In this document: one piece after another, positions 1-9,935 of the stretch
Layout of the letters: each line of letters opens with the position of its first letter
How positions within the stretch are numbered: position 1 is the stretch's first letter
Assembly: GCA_963737155.1 (NCBI GenBank)
Contig: CAVTRN010000001.1
Location: 1,344,001-1,408,000 of the forward strand
Length of the DNA stretch: 64,000 nucleotides
Reading direction: 5' to 3'
From: Nitrospirota bacterium
GTDB lineage: Bacteria; Nitrospirota; UBA9217
Notes under the pieces: generated by a model
Seen by the model: the letters and a program-made list of their open reading frames with translations, nothing else
Databases searched by the model: none
What the model was told of the DNA's origin: nothing
Made by a program: the position numbers and the translations under genes

Positions 1-45
1 GTCATCAACATCGTTGCACTTCTGATTGTTCCATTGATCAGATAA
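1..45 (+). CDS. hppA: C-terminal end of membrane-bound H+/Na+-translocating pyrophosphatase (partial)
   Basis: Frame 1 reads VINIVALLIVPLIR*, resembling the conserved HppA C-terminus (..NPxIKxINIVALLxxP); only 14 residues visible. Confidence 0.6.
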   Translation, partial: VINIVALLIVPLIR

Positions 46-67
46 ATATCCTTAGAGATCCTTAGAG

Positions 68-105
68 ACGAGGGGCTGGCCGAACGGCCAGCCCCTCGTT
101 TTTTT
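68..105 (+). terminator. Rho-independent terminator
   Basis: ACGAGGGGCTGGCCG-AA-CGGCCAGCCCCTCGT perfect inverted repeat followed by a T run. Confidence 0.9.
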
Positions 106-172
106 CACAGAACGCACTGGTATGTACAAACATTGTTGAAATTTGCAGGTAAAGTGGTATTATTTACATTCC

Positions 173-712
173 ATGCATAATGAAGATGCAGAAATACTTG
201 TTGCTGCCGGATGTTCGCTCGATGTCGTTGCACACTGTCTTACCGTATCGAAACTGGCTTATGCTCTCGCTGGCCGCATGGAACTAGAGGTTGATGGTGA
301 GCTGATCAGGCAAGGCGGTCTGTTCCATGATATCGGCAGGTCACGAACGCATGACATCCATCACGCTATCGCAGGCGTAGAAATTGGACGAAAATTGGGT
401 TTCTCCGATGCCCTCGTCAATATAATCGAACGTCATATCGGTGCAGGGATTACAACGGCTGAGGCGGAACGGCTCGGACTGCCGAGGAAAGACTACATCC
501 CCCTGAGTGTGGAAGAAAAAATTGTTTCTTATGCTGATAATCTAATCAGTGGAACTAGGGAAATGCCGTTCTATGAAGCGCTTGAGAGGTTCAAGGATAT
601 CCTCGGACCTGGCCATGAAGGGATCGAGCTATTCATAAAACAGCATAAGGAGATTCAAGGCTGGATGAAAACAGTAGATAGCAGAGAAGGGACATTGAAA
701 GTCGCAGAGTGA
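173..712 (+). CDS. HDIG-domain metal-dependent phosphohydrolase (TIGR00295-like)
   Basis: H..HDIGRSRTH..H..IERHIGAGI..EEKIVSYADNL motifs; ATG at 173 preferred over TTG 143. Confidence 0.8.
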   Translation: MHNEDAEILVAAGCSLDVVAHCLTVSKLAYALAGRMELEVDGELIRQGGLFHDIGRSRTHDIHHAIAGVEIGRKLGFSDALVNIIERHIGAGITTAEAERLGLPRKDYIPLSVEEKIVSYADNLISGTREMPFYEALERFKDILGPGHEGIELFIKQHKEIQGWMKTVDSREGTLKVAE

Positions 713-734
713 CGGCTGCGCTGAAAGGTTCATA

Positions 735-1625
735 ATGAGCAATAAGAAAAGAGAAATAAGACCAGAAGATAGCGATATAGATCCGCTCAAAAAGAGCAAT
801 AATGATAAGGTCGTGCCGATCAAACTCACCGAGAAAAGCAGGTTCAAATTTCGCTGCCATAAAGGAGTAAAATGCTTCACCGCCTGCTGCAGCAACATCA
901 ATATCGTGCTCCCGCCCTATGACTTGCTGCGGCTGCGGAAGCGACTTGGCATGACGACCGAAGAATTTATCAACAAGCACTGCGACATCGAAATTCTTGC
1001 AAAGACGCTTCTGCCGGTCATTACGCTCAAAATGCAGAGCGACGAGCAGCGCAGCTGTCCTTTCGTGACACCCGGTGGCTGCACGGTATACGAGGATAGG
1101 CCGAGCAACTGTCGATATTATCCTCTGGGCATGGCCACGCTCAGGAAAAAGGACACCGAAAGCGGAAAAGATGAGTTCTACTTTATGGTCAAGGAAGACC
1201 ACTGCAAGGGGTTCGAGGAGGACAAGGAGTGGACTATCGCAGAGTGGCGCAAGGACCAGGAAGCGGACCTCTACGACGACAGCAACCGCGGATGGATGGA
1301 AGTCCTGATGAAAAAGAAATCCTTCGGCGAGAAGGAGTTTCCTGAGATTAAAAACCAAATGTTCTTCATGGTCAGTACCAATACCGATTATTTCCGGGAA
1401 TTCGTGTTCGGCAGCACGTTTCTGGATACCTACGACATCCCGGCTGAGCGGATAGAGAAGGTTCGGTCCGATGATGTGGAGCTGCTAAAGCTGGGATATG
1501 AATGGCTTAGGTCGGCGATGTTCGCTGAAGAGACCCTCAAACTCAAAGAGGGCGTGGCAGAAGCACGCAAGGACCGCGCCGATGCCATTATGCGTAAAGT
1601 ATATAAGAAGAAAGAAAGTGAGTGA
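735..1625 (+). CDS. YkgJ family cysteine-cluster (CxxCxxCC-like) protein
   Basis: FRCHKGVKCFTACC, CPFV..GCTVYEDRP.NCRYYP, HCKG motifs. Confidence 0.8.
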   Translation: MSNKKREIRPEDSDIDPLKKSNNDKVVPIKLTEKSRFKFRCHKGVKCFTACCSNINIVLPPYDLLRLRKRLGMTTEEFINKHCDIEILAKTLLPVITLKMQSDEQRSCPFVTPGGCTVYEDRPSNCRYYPLGMATLRKKDTESGKDEFYFMVKEDHCKGFEEDKEWTIAEWRKDQEADLYDDSNRGWMEVLMKKKSFGEKEFPEIKNQMFFMVSTNTDYFREFVFGSTFLDTYDIPAERIEKVRSDDVELLKLGYEWLRSAMFAEETLKLKEGVAEARKDRADAIMRKVYKKKESE

Positions 1626-1664
1626 GTGAGCCCGTCAGCCAGCCCGGAGTAAGGAGAACTTTTT

Positions 1665-2423
1665 TTAACTGCGAGGTCGAAGCATAGCGCTCATATCCGT
1701 GTAAATGGCATTCCCAATCTGAATGCCTTGATCAATAAACTCCGGACCATATTTTTTCCCTGTATTGGTCCGGAACGTATCTTTAATACGCTCGATTCCC
1801 TTCATCTTTTCCAGGAATGACTTGTGGAGCGACGCAATAGGCGTTTCATGGGTGTTGACCATAAGCCACAGCGTTCCGGTGAAATTCTCCGGCCCCCAGC
1901 GAAACTTATCTGCATCGTATAGCGCATCGCTGACCATGCATCCTTCTGCGTCCTCCAGGTCACAGGTTGTCTTAAATGCTTCATGATTCCTAATCGCATA
2001 GGTGATATAGGTACGGCTGAGCTCATCCACCTGAAGTGTCTTTAGTATGGTTTCCGCCTCCAGACTACCACGAACGGCATGATCTTCCTCGCGACGCTTA
2101 ATGTCATGGAGTAAGCCGGCGATGATTGCCGCGATAAAGAGCGGCATAATTTCCGCGTCGCTGATGCCGATCTGATACCCTTCCACGAGAACAATGGCGC
2201 CGGCATCTCGGGCCACTGCCTCGCAGTGACAGAGCCCGTGGGCGCACTCAAGTTTCGATTCGTCGAGATGTGCGTGACATCTACGGATAAGGTCGTTGGT
2301 CCTGATTGTTTCATCGGCCTTATGCACTTCCAGCGCATGGGTACTATAAAAGGCTGGTTTTGGCAGCGTGCGTGCGATTTCGCACGCTCGGGCCTGTAGA
2401 AGATCATAAGCAGCATAGCTCAT
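1665..2423 (-). CDS. HD-domain phosphohydrolase
   Basis: HG..H, LLHDIKR..EDHA, IRNHE, LYDADK motifs; start set at MSYAAY. Confidence 0.75.
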   Translation of the reverse strand: MSYAAYDLLQARACEIARTLPKPAFYSTHALEVHKADETIRTNDLIRRCHAHLDESKLECAHGLCHCEAVARDAGAIVLVEGYQIGISDAEIMPLFIAAIIAGLLHDIKRREEDHAVRGSLEAETILKTLQVDELSRTYITYAIRNHEAFKTTCDLEDAEGCMVSDALYDADKFRWGPENFTGTLWLMVNTHETPIASLHKSFLEKMKGIERIKDTFRTNTGKKYGPEFIDQGIQIGNAIYTDMSAMLRPRS

Positions 2424-2683
2424 AGATTTATAATAGCCAGAGAGCTGGGGTGATGTCAAGACGAGTTTTTTCCAGTAATTCATCACACGAAAGGTGCAAT
2501 AAAAAAATCCCGAACTGCATTTTATAATTTCCATTAAACTCCAACGCTGAGATACTGAATATCAAACTGATGTATGTAGAACGAGGCCATAGACTAATTT
2601 TCCTTAACCGTAACATTGAAGCGGCAGCAATTACTCGCTGAGAGCCCCCCTATTCTCTTTCTCCATTCAACGAGATTCTCCGA

Positions 2684-2712
2684 TTGACTAACACGGCATG
2701 GTGATGTAAAAT
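2684..2712 (+). promoter_or_regulatory. sigma70-type promoter of guaA
   Basis: TTGACT-17 bp-TAAAAT upstream of the guaA GTG. Confidence 0.6.
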
Positions 2713-2746
2713 TCTGAATCTTTTTCCATTGTGAAAGGGGCTTACC

Positions 2747-4297
2747 GTGTCCGATATCCACAGCGAAAGAATACTGATCCTCGACTTCGGGTCGCAATAT
2801 ACACAGTTGATCGCGCGCCGCGTACGCGAGGCGAAAGTATACTGCGAAATATTTCCCTACAACGCGGGTCTCGAAAAGATAAAGTCATTCCGGCCCAAGG
2901 GGCTGATTCTCTCGGGAGGTCCGTCGAGCGTGTATGATTCCGGAGCACCGCTCGTCGATAAAGCTCACCTTGATCTCGGCGTGCCCGTCCTTGGCATTTG
3001 CTACGGCATGCAGCTTCTGACTCACGTGCTCGGCGGCGAGGTCGCAAAATCGACGAAGCGAGAATATGGGCGCGCCGAGCTGAACATTCAGAAGAATGAA
3101 GAATTGTTCGCCAGCATCGGCGTGGGCGGGAAAGTGACAGTCTGGATGAGCCACGGTGACAGAATCGAGAAGATGCCGGAGGGTTTCTCGGCCATTGCGC
3201 ACACGGACAACTCGCCCATTGCTGCCATGGCGGATGAGAAGAGAAAGTTCTACGGTGTGCAATTTCATCCTGAGGTTGTGCATACGCCACAGGGAGTGCA
3301 GATTCTCAGGAACTTCGTGTATGGCATCTGCAAATGCGAACCTTCGTGGACCATGGCATCCTTCGTGGACTATTCCGTGGGCGAGATCAGAAGGACTGTG
3401 GGGAACAAGCAGGCTGTGTGTGGTCTGTCGGGTGGCGTGGACTCGTCCGTTGCCGCGGTGCTGGTGCACAAGGCAATCGGGAAGCAGCTCACCTGTATCT
3501 TCGTGAACAATGGCGTTCTCAGAAAGGACGAGGCCGAGAAGGTGCAACACTCGTTCAAAGACATGGGCCTGAACCTGAAATATATCGATGCGTCTGAGGA
3601 GTTCCTCTCCAAACTCAAAGGAGTGGAAGATCCGGAGAAGAAGCGAAAGATCATTGGCGTCACATTCATCGAGGTGTTCGAGCGAGAGGCCCACACCGTA
3701 GGAGGGGCTGAGTTTCTGGTCCAGGGCACGCTCTACCCGGATGTCATCGAGAGCATTTCCTTTAAAGGTCCTTCCGCTATCATTAAATCACATCACAACG
3801 TAGGTGGCTTGCCTGAGAAAATGAAACTGAAACTGGTCGAACCGCTTCGGGAATTATTCAAGGATGAAGTGCGGGCCATAGGCCGTGAAATGAAGATGCC
3901 AGACGACATCATCAATCGACAACCCTTCCCCGGTCCCGGCCTCGCGATCCGCATCCTCGGTGAAGTGACTGAGAGCCGGCTCAATATCCTGCGCGAAGCG
4001 GATGCCGTCGTGATCGAAGAAATCAAGAAGGCGGGGTTATACAATGAAATCTGGCAATCTTTTGCCGTACTTCTGCCAATCAAGACCGTCGGCGTCATGG
4101 GCGACGAGCGAACCTATGAGAACGTCGTGGCGATCCGCGCGGTCACGAGCCAGGACGGCATGACCGCTGACTGGGCAAAGATACCCTATGAACTCTTGGG
4201 TACCATGTCCAATCGCATCATCAACGAAGTAAAAGGCGTGAACCGCGTATGTTTCGATATCTCGTCCAAACCGCCGAGCACGATCGAGTGGGAGTAG
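2747..4297 (+). CDS. guaA: GMP synthase (glutamine-hydrolysing)
   Basis: [52 protein letters not shown]. Confidence 0.99.
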   Translation: MSDIHSERILILDFGSQYTQLIARRVREAKVYCEIFPYNAGLEKIKSFRPKGLILSGGPSSVYDSGAPLVDKAHLDLGVPVLGICYGMQLLTHVLGGEVAKSTKREYGRAELNIQKNEELFASIGVGGKVTVWMSHGDRIEKMPEGFSAIAHTDNSPIAAMADEKRKFYGVQFHPEVVHTPQGVQILRNFVYGICKCEPSWTMASFVDYSVGEIRRTVGNKQAVCGLSGGVDSSVAAVLVHKAIGKQLTCIFVNNGVLRKDEAEKVQHSFKDMGLNLKYIDASEEFLSKLKGVEDPEKKRKIIGVTFIEVFEREAHTVGGAEFLVQGTLYPDVIESISFKGPSAIIKSHHNVGGLPEKMKLKLVEPLRELFKDEVRAIGREMKMPDDIINRQPFPGPGLAIRILGEVTESRLNILREADAVVIEEIKKAGLYNEIWQSFAVLLPIKTVGVMGDERTYENVVAIRAVTSQDGMTADWAKIPYELLGTMSNRIINEVKGVNRVCFDISSKPPSTIEWE

Positions 4298-4379
4298 TGG
4301 GTCGGGAAAAACAGGTCACGGGAGAAAACGAAGAGGAGCGGTCGGCTCTACGTGGCTACCCATTCTTGTATTGGATAGT

Positions 4380-5141
4380 ATGAATGGACTGGATCTGGTC
4401 CTTATCAGCCTTGCCGCTGTGGCGGGTGGCCTCGTGAATGCCCTTGCTGGCGGTGGTACACTCATCACCTTCCCGATGCTGACTGCTGTCGGTATTCCGC
4501 CCGTCGCAGCAAACGTAACCAATACAGTTGCGCTCTGCCCCGGCTACCTCGGCGCAACCTTCGCACAGATGAAAGACTTGCGGAGGCAGGGGAGGAGGCT
4601 GTCGTTACTTCTGCCAGCCGGTGTATTGGGTGGGATTGCAGGAGGTGTTTTGCTCCTGCACACGAGCGATAGCATGTTCCGCAAGCTGATTCCCTATATG
4701 ATTCTGCTTGCTGTGGTTCTACTTGCTTTTCAGGACAGATTGCGAAAATGGATCACGGGCCGCATCGGGAGTGAGGGGCATAGGCACCTGAATGAGGCAT
4801 GGGCGATAGCGCCTGTCATGCCAGCTGCCCTCTACGGCGGTTACTTCGGGGCCGGCGTGAGTGTGATGGTTCTGGCCGTGGTGGGGCTTGTGCTCGAGGA
4901 TTCGCTGACCCGCTTGAATGCGCTTAAGCAAACCATCTCGTTCAGCATCAATATCGCGGCAGCTGTCTTTTTCCTTTTCTCTGGCCAAGTAGTGTGGATC
5001 GCGGCACTGGTCATGATGGCTGGATCACTGGTAGGCGGCGCGCTTGGCGGGCGGCTAGCGGGCAGAATAAAACCGGTTGTACTGAGAAATATCGTCATAA
5101 CTCTCGGCTTTGCAGTAGCGGCATTCTACTTTATGCAATAA
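4380..5141 (+). CDS. TauE/SafE (TSUP) family membrane transporter
   Basis: [21 protein letters not shown] motifs; highly hydrophobic. Confidence 0.9.
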   Translation: MNGLDLVLISLAAVAGGLVNALAGGGTLITFPMLTAVGIPPVAANVTNTVALCPGYLGATFAQMKDLRRQGRRLSLLLPAGVLGGIAGGVLLLHTSDSMFRKLIPYMILLAVVLLAFQDRLRKWITGRIGSEGHRHLNEAWAIAPVMPAALYGGYFGAGVSVMVLAVVGLVLEDSLTRLNALKQTISFSINIAAAVFFLFSGQVVWIAALVMMAGSLVGGALGGRLAGRIKPVVLRNIVITLGFAVAAFYFMQ

Positions 5142-5189
5142 AGCGGCGCATTGCTCTTTTGCCGCTGACTCACGATAACGGTCTCCCTA

Positions 5190-5740
5190 GCCCTTAATCA
5201 ACGCAACCCGGTCCATATCAGCACGGCTGCAAACACGATCCGGAGAGTTGCTTCCGAAAAAAAGTGCTCTAGAGTTTCGCATAGACAGGTCCCAACAAGA
5301 ATACCCACGATCAGTCCCTACAGAATAGAAGCTTTCACGTTGCCAAACTTCAAATACAATCTACGTGCCCCCTGCGCCCAACGAGCACCATGGCGAATAA
5401 TGCATTAACCCGCACATGTTGGTCAAAATCCGAAAGTAATACTATCGCCGGTATTAGGTATATCCGCCTCCGATACCTATCATGCAGGACAGGTATCCTG
5501 TGAATGCATCGGTCAGAAGCAGTACTAAAACAGAAGGTCAACCCCGTTTCCATCCTATGGACATGAAGCGGTAGTGTTTGATCAGAAGGAGAACGAAGAT
5601 GAGGAAGAAATCCGCCGAAAAAAGCTTTAGCCACCGCTCCGGCAGCGCATGGGCATTGTAGTGCGCGTCGTCTCGCACCGTTGCCATGGGTGTCACGGCT
5701 AGCAGGAGCGCAGTCAAGACTTCTCCCGATTAGGAAGCAT
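5190..5740 (-). pseudogene. Decayed second TauE/SafE family gene
   Basis: Minus-strand fragments across frameshifts/stops: HALPERWLK..; VLLLTDAFTGYLSCMIGIGGG; IPAIVLLSDFDQH; FGNVKASIL*GLIVGILVGT; SEATLRIVFAAVLIWTGLR; boundaries approximate. Confidence 0.7.
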
Positions 5741-5781
5741 TCTTTTGTGTTTTTAGCGTACTAATGGCGCTAAGAGCGCGG

Positions 5782-6174
5782 CTAATCGTTCGTCTTCGGT
5801 ACTACGCCGTCGAATTCCTGGCCGAACTGGTTTGCTGCGGTTATGCCTACTTCTTGCAGCATGCGCGCTAGGGTGTTCCTTAAAAGGTCTGGGGTGACAT
5901 CGAGGCTCTTTGCAATCTCATCGAGAGACAAGCGCTGACTGAAGTGTCGTTCCGCAATGACGATTTTGAGGAAATCGGCCTGAATAATTTTCCCGAGTTC
6001 CTTATCATGGATTTCATGGCTGTCATAAGCTTGGCGCAGGGTCTTACCCGCGGCAAGGGCCTGGTGGAAGCTACTCACCGCTTCCTCGTAAATTTTACCT
6101 TCTTCGGGGGTAAATTCCTTGAAATTGAAGTCGGGCATATCCGCTTTTTTCTTGGATTTATCTCTCTTTTTCAT
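5782..6174 (-). CDS. Hypothetical protein, possible C-terminal HTH
   Basis: 130-aa ORF with AAGGA RBS; LSLDEIAKSLDVT segment is HTH-like. Confidence 0.7.
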   Translation of the reverse strand: MKKRDKSKKKADMPDFNFKEFTPEEGKIYEEAVSSFHQALAAGKTLRQAYDSHEIHDKELGKIIQADFLKIVIAERHFSQRLSLDEIAKSLDVTPDLLRNTLARMLQEVGITAANQFGQEFDGVVPKTND

Positions 6175-6278
6175 GCATTGTCCTTTTCACTATCGAATCA
6201 GTTCATAAGCGTTTGGCTTGACAAGGGGCAACGAGCATGACATGAGGCGGCTTGGTTTCCGACCCTTTGTCATCAGAA

Positions 6279-6611
6279 CTACATTACTCGTTTTTCCCTC
6301 GGTCTCCGTTCAGGGACCTGCTGGTGCGGCATTTTCCCATCGTTCCATGCTACTGATACGTAGAGTCCGCAGAAGCAGCTGCCATATTCCTTGATATCCG
6401 GCTCGCGGTATACGCAGGGACAGACGATGTCCGCATCCTTTACTTTCACGCCAAAAGCGAGGCGGCAGGGGCAGGATCGGTAGCCATAACGGGCTTCGTT
6501 TGTGAGCAGGCCCTGCAGGATGTCGAGAACAAAAGGCTTGTCCTTGTTTAATCGAATGCCTTGTGATTCAGCGTATCGGGACAGAATTTCGTGGAGTTTG
6601 TCCGGGATCAT
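6279..6611 (-). CDS. Ferredoxin:thioredoxin reductase catalytic-subunit family protein
   Basis: CPC, CPC and CFC motifs with FTR spacing (YGYRSCPCRLA..IVCPCVY..GSCFCGLY). Confidence 0.92.
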   Translation of the reverse strand: MIPDKLHEILSRYAESQGIRLNKDKPFVLDILQGLLTNEARYGYRSCPCRLAFGVKVKDADIVCPCVYREPDIKEYGSCFCGLYVSVAWNDGKMPHQQVPERRPREKRVM

Positions 6612-6871
6612 GGCATGTCTAAAGCTTTTTTGAGCTTCTCTTCGTTATAGCCAACAATGATGTGATTACCGATGCAAATCGTTGGGAAGCTGCAGTCCGG
6701 GTTGAATTTCCTGACCTCGTCCATGATTTGTTCACGCTCCAAACCGCTCAACAGGTCGACATCGACAAACTCCATGTCAATCCCCTTTTCATTAAAAAAT
6801 TTTTTGGTTCGGTTGCAGTGCGAACAAGTGCTGAGGGTATAAAGCTTTATTTTCAATTTATTTGAAGGCAT
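6608..6871 (-). CDS. Glutaredoxin/NrdH-like protein
   Basis: YTLSTCSHC active site, SFPTI cis-Pro, IVGY; ATGA overlap with the FTR gene. Confidence 0.92.
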   Translation of the reverse strand: MPSNKLKIKLYTLSTCSHCNRTKKFFNEKGIDMEFVDVDLLSGLEREQIMDEVRKFNPDCSFPTICIGNHIIVGYNEEKLKKALDMP

Positions 6872-7169
6872 AGAACATTCTCCCGGCTCAGTTTCGCCTC
6901 ATAATATAACACGGTGCGAGGCGGTATGCAAACGTTTTTGGCGGCAGAAAAGTGTCGTATGGTGCGTCGAAATATAATCTGTAAACGTCGGAAATCGAGG
7001 AAAACGATAATTGCATATGCTGTTCTTCTTCCCGCTTTTTTTCGTAAGCATTACTAATATTTAATAAATTTATAATAAAATATAATATATTATAAAGTAT
7101 AATTATGCAAAATAGAAGTTTCTTACGAAACCGCTTGGAACAATCATCATGCCTGCAAGCCGAAGGAGT

Positions 7170-7690
7170 ATTAAGCTCATAGTGGGACGATGATTATATG
7201 GTAACATATGTAGCCCTTCTGAAGTAAATTTAGAAATCTACTGCAGGATATCGTCTTCGAAAATAAAAGCAACTAGAATTGCAGGCAAATCGGCTTCTTG
7301 ATTAACTTTATGCTCGCATAAAGTTACGAGTCCCCCGGAACCTTTTTTAAAAAAGATATTTTCGCACAGTCCTGTGACAATGCGGTCAAGGCGGTAGTCC
7401 AAGGGGACCGTGGATGGGACAGCATCAACTGGGCGTATTTGAACAGGACAAACCACAAACTCGCCCTGAAAACAAAAGTTATAAAAATCTTCATCCTATG
7501 CATTCGACCGGTTGTCGTGAGACTCAATCTGAATTCACGTCTGAAGACAAAGTTGCTACAGTTTTATCGAGCGCAAATAGACCTGGGAAGAGTCAGCGAT
7601 ACTATCCGAGTATCATTCTAGGAATCCGGTTCTACGACAAGAAGTTGCCGAGCTACGCAAATATATTTACAGAGAGTTTCTCAAATAAAG
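7170..7690 (+). pseudogene. Decayed PhnD-like periplasmic substrate-binding protein
   Basis: Plus frame with stops: ESPGTFFKKDIFAQSCDNAVKAVVQG..DSINWAYLNRTNHKLALKTKVIKI..PVVVRLNLNSRLK, resembling the PhnD-type SHD.AI.AV..G..D....DS..W segment; boundaries approximate. Confidence 0.5.
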
Positions 7691-7749
7691 AGATCAGTGG
7701 AAAAAGCGACGGGGCAGAAGGGAGTAGGACTGCAGCGCAGAACGCGTTC

Positions 7750-9324
7750 TTATCTCATCATGTTCGTCCTGGTTCTCCAGTTCCTCCCTTTAGTAGGGAA
7801 GTCGCTTCTAAAGTGTGCTCCCACGCTACCTTCTCTTTCGAGAGCTGAATGGGTAATGATCGTCGCTGTTGTAATCATGTTTCTGAGTTCGAAACATTTT
7901 CTGTCCTGGCCGCATCCTTTCATAGACCGATCCCATTTTCGGAGAGTTTTTAATGCCATTGTGAGATCCTTCCTGTTTCGGACAATGCCGACCTTCTCCC
8001 ACATGAGCTTTTTTAACGAAGTACGGATTTCCTCTACCACCGAACCATCAGGCGATGCATGGTCGGGTGTTTGCGTCTGGATGTGGACCTGTTGAAGGAG
8101 CGTGGCGCTGGAAATCAGCTTGCGGGCATGCCGGGTGGCCGCGAGTCCCGCTCTCACTCCATAGACCAAACCCTCCAAGAGAGAATTGCTTGCGAGGCGG
8201 TTTGCACCGTGAACTCCAGTGCATGCGGTTTCGCCTGCCGCAAAAAGGCCGGGGATGTTCGTAGCGCCCCAGAGGTCTGTTTTTACTCCTCCCATAATAT
8301 AGTGCGCCGCCGGAGATACCGGTATTGGTTCCGTAGTTATGTCGATCCCCAGTTCCTTGCAGGTACGGTAAATGCGGGGGAAACGTTGCGTCACATAGTC
8401 TGCATTCAGGTGTGTCATGTCCAGGAAGACATGGGACGAGTACGTAGCGGCCATTTCCGCATGGATTGCACGGGTGACCACGTCGCGTGGCGCGAGTTCT
8501 CGGGCGGGGTGGTACCGTTCCATGAATCGTTGGCCGAGTGTGTTTTTGAGCATTCCGCCTTCACCGCGCATGGCTTCGGAAAGCAAAAACTGGGGAGCGC
8601 CGCTGCGATAGAGCGCCGTTGGATGGAACTGAACGAACTCCATGTCAACCAAGGAAGCACCGGCACGATAGGCCATGGCCATACCGTCGCCAGTAGCGAC
8701 TGCGGGGTTGGTTGTCCGTTCGTAGAGCTGGCCTGCTCCACCGGTAGCTAGGAGAACGGCCCGCGCTGAGATAATCAGCACCTTTTTCAGGGCCTGCTGA
8801 CATACGACGGCGCCGATGCATCGTCCGTCCCGGATAACCAGGTCGCGGGTGAAGGCGAAGTCTATCTTGGACGCGGATTTCATTGAGCGGACCTTGTCGG
8901 TGAGCACGCGCATGATCTCTCGGCCCGTGGAATCTCCCTGGGCGTGGAGGATTCTGCGCTTAGAATGAGCCGCCTCCTGGGTGAACGCGAGCTTGGTGCC
9001 TTCCTTGTCAAACTCCGCGCCCCAGAGGATCAGTTCTCTGATGCGCGTGGGCCCTTCCTCGACAAGCGTGCCTACGGCTTTCCTGAGACAGAGCCCGTCC
9101 CCTGCCCGAAGCGTGTCTTCCAGATGGATCGAAATTTCGTCCTCATCGGAAAGCACCACGGCTACGCCGCCTTGGGCGTACTGGCTGCTGCTCTCTGTGG
9201 GTGCATCCTTGGTCACGACGAGGACGTTGCCGTTTCGTGCAAGCTCCACAGCCGCTCGGAGACCAGCCACGCCACCGCCAATGATCAGAAAATCGGTCCC
9301 GATATATTCTTCCTGGTAGCCCAT
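7750..9324 (-). CDS. nadB: L-aspartate oxidase
   Basis: GGGVAGL, AQGGVA, EAAHSKRRILHA, QFHPT, SEAMRGEG, HGANRLASNSLLE. Confidence 0.97.
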   Translation of the reverse strand: MGYQEEYIGTDFLIIGGGVAGLRAAVELARNGNVLVVTKDAPTESSSQYAQGGVAVVLSDEDEISIHLEDTLRAGDGLCLRKAVGTLVEEGPTRIRELILWGAEFDKEGTKLAFTQEAAHSKRRILHAQGDSTGREIMRVLTDKVRSMKSASKIDFAFTRDLVIRDGRCIGAVVCQQALKKVLIISARAVLLATGGAGQLYERTTNPAVATGDGMAMAYRAGASLVDMEFVQFHPTALYRSGAPQFLLSEAMRGEGGMLKNTLGQRFMERYHPARELAPRDVVTRAIHAEMAATYSSHVFLDMTHLNADYVTQRFPRIYRTCKELGIDITTEPIPVSPAAHYIMGGVKTDLWGATNIPGLFAAGETACTGVHGANRLASNSLLEGLVYGVRAGLAATRHARKLISSATLLQQVHIQTQTPDHASPDGSVVEEIRTSLKKLMWEKVGIVRNRKDLTMALKTLRKWDRSMKGCGQDRKCFELRNMITTATIITHSALEREGSVGAHFRSDFPTKGRNWRTRTNMMR

Positions 9325-9372
9325 GCAATAACATTTCCGAGTTTTGATAATTTTGAACTTTGAACTATGATT

Positions 9373-9849
9373 TTATTGTTTCACCGGCGCTTCTCCCGGC
9401 TTAGCCAAAAAGGGGTTTTTCCCCTCGATGGAGAGGAGCTTGTTATTTTTTGGCTCAAAAACGAGGGTGACGCGTGCACCATCTTTCACAGAAGTTCCGC
9501 CGGCAGTCTGCCACTCGGCATCCCAAGTAAACGTCGCTTCGATCTGCCCATTCTGGGAAATCAGGATAATCATTCTTGAGTATTGGATATTGAAGTGGAT
9601 GGTTGAATACTTCTTAAAGACATCTGCTAGAGACTTGGCAAAGTCATCCCGGTCATGGTATTGGTCGGATATGCCGGACAGGAAAGCGTCGAGGTCTTTC
9701 TTTTCATATGCGCTGGTCATATCCCGGAGAGAGGTGAGAATATTTTTGCTTTTCACGGCTACCTGCTCGGGCGGCAGCTTCTTGCTGTTGCAGGCAAATG
9801 AAGCCATTAGGAATACGAGACCGAAGAGCAGTGTCATGAGACGCCGCAT
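9373..9849 (-). CDS. Putative lipoprotein (NTF2/SnoaL-like fold possible)
   Basis: GGAGG RBS, signal MRRLMTLLFGLVFLMASFA-C; AYEKKDLDAFLSGIS pattern. Confidence 0.7.
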   Translation of the reverse strand: MRRLMTLLFGLVFLMASFACNSKKLPPEQVAVKSKNILTSLRDMTSAYEKKDLDAFLSGISDQYHDRDDFAKSLADVFKKYSTIHFNIQYSRMIILISQNGQIEATFTWDAEWQTAGGTSVKDGARVTLVFEPKNNKLLSIEGKNPFLAKPGEAPVKQ

Positions 9850-9935
9850 GGGACCTCCATGAATGATAACGAATGATGGGTGATGAAAGAATACACGATG
9901 AAGGATGCATGAGCAAGAATTTTTTTTGCATCCCA

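Noticed and set aside
48-67. ATCCTTAGAG x2 tandem repeat
   Set aside because: Only two units; a simple local duplication before a terminator
2742-4098. Long antisense/overlapping ORFs over guaA (likewise over uvrA, atpA/D, groEL, moaA)
   Set aside because: Shadow frames of conserved genes caused by codon bias; no independent motifs
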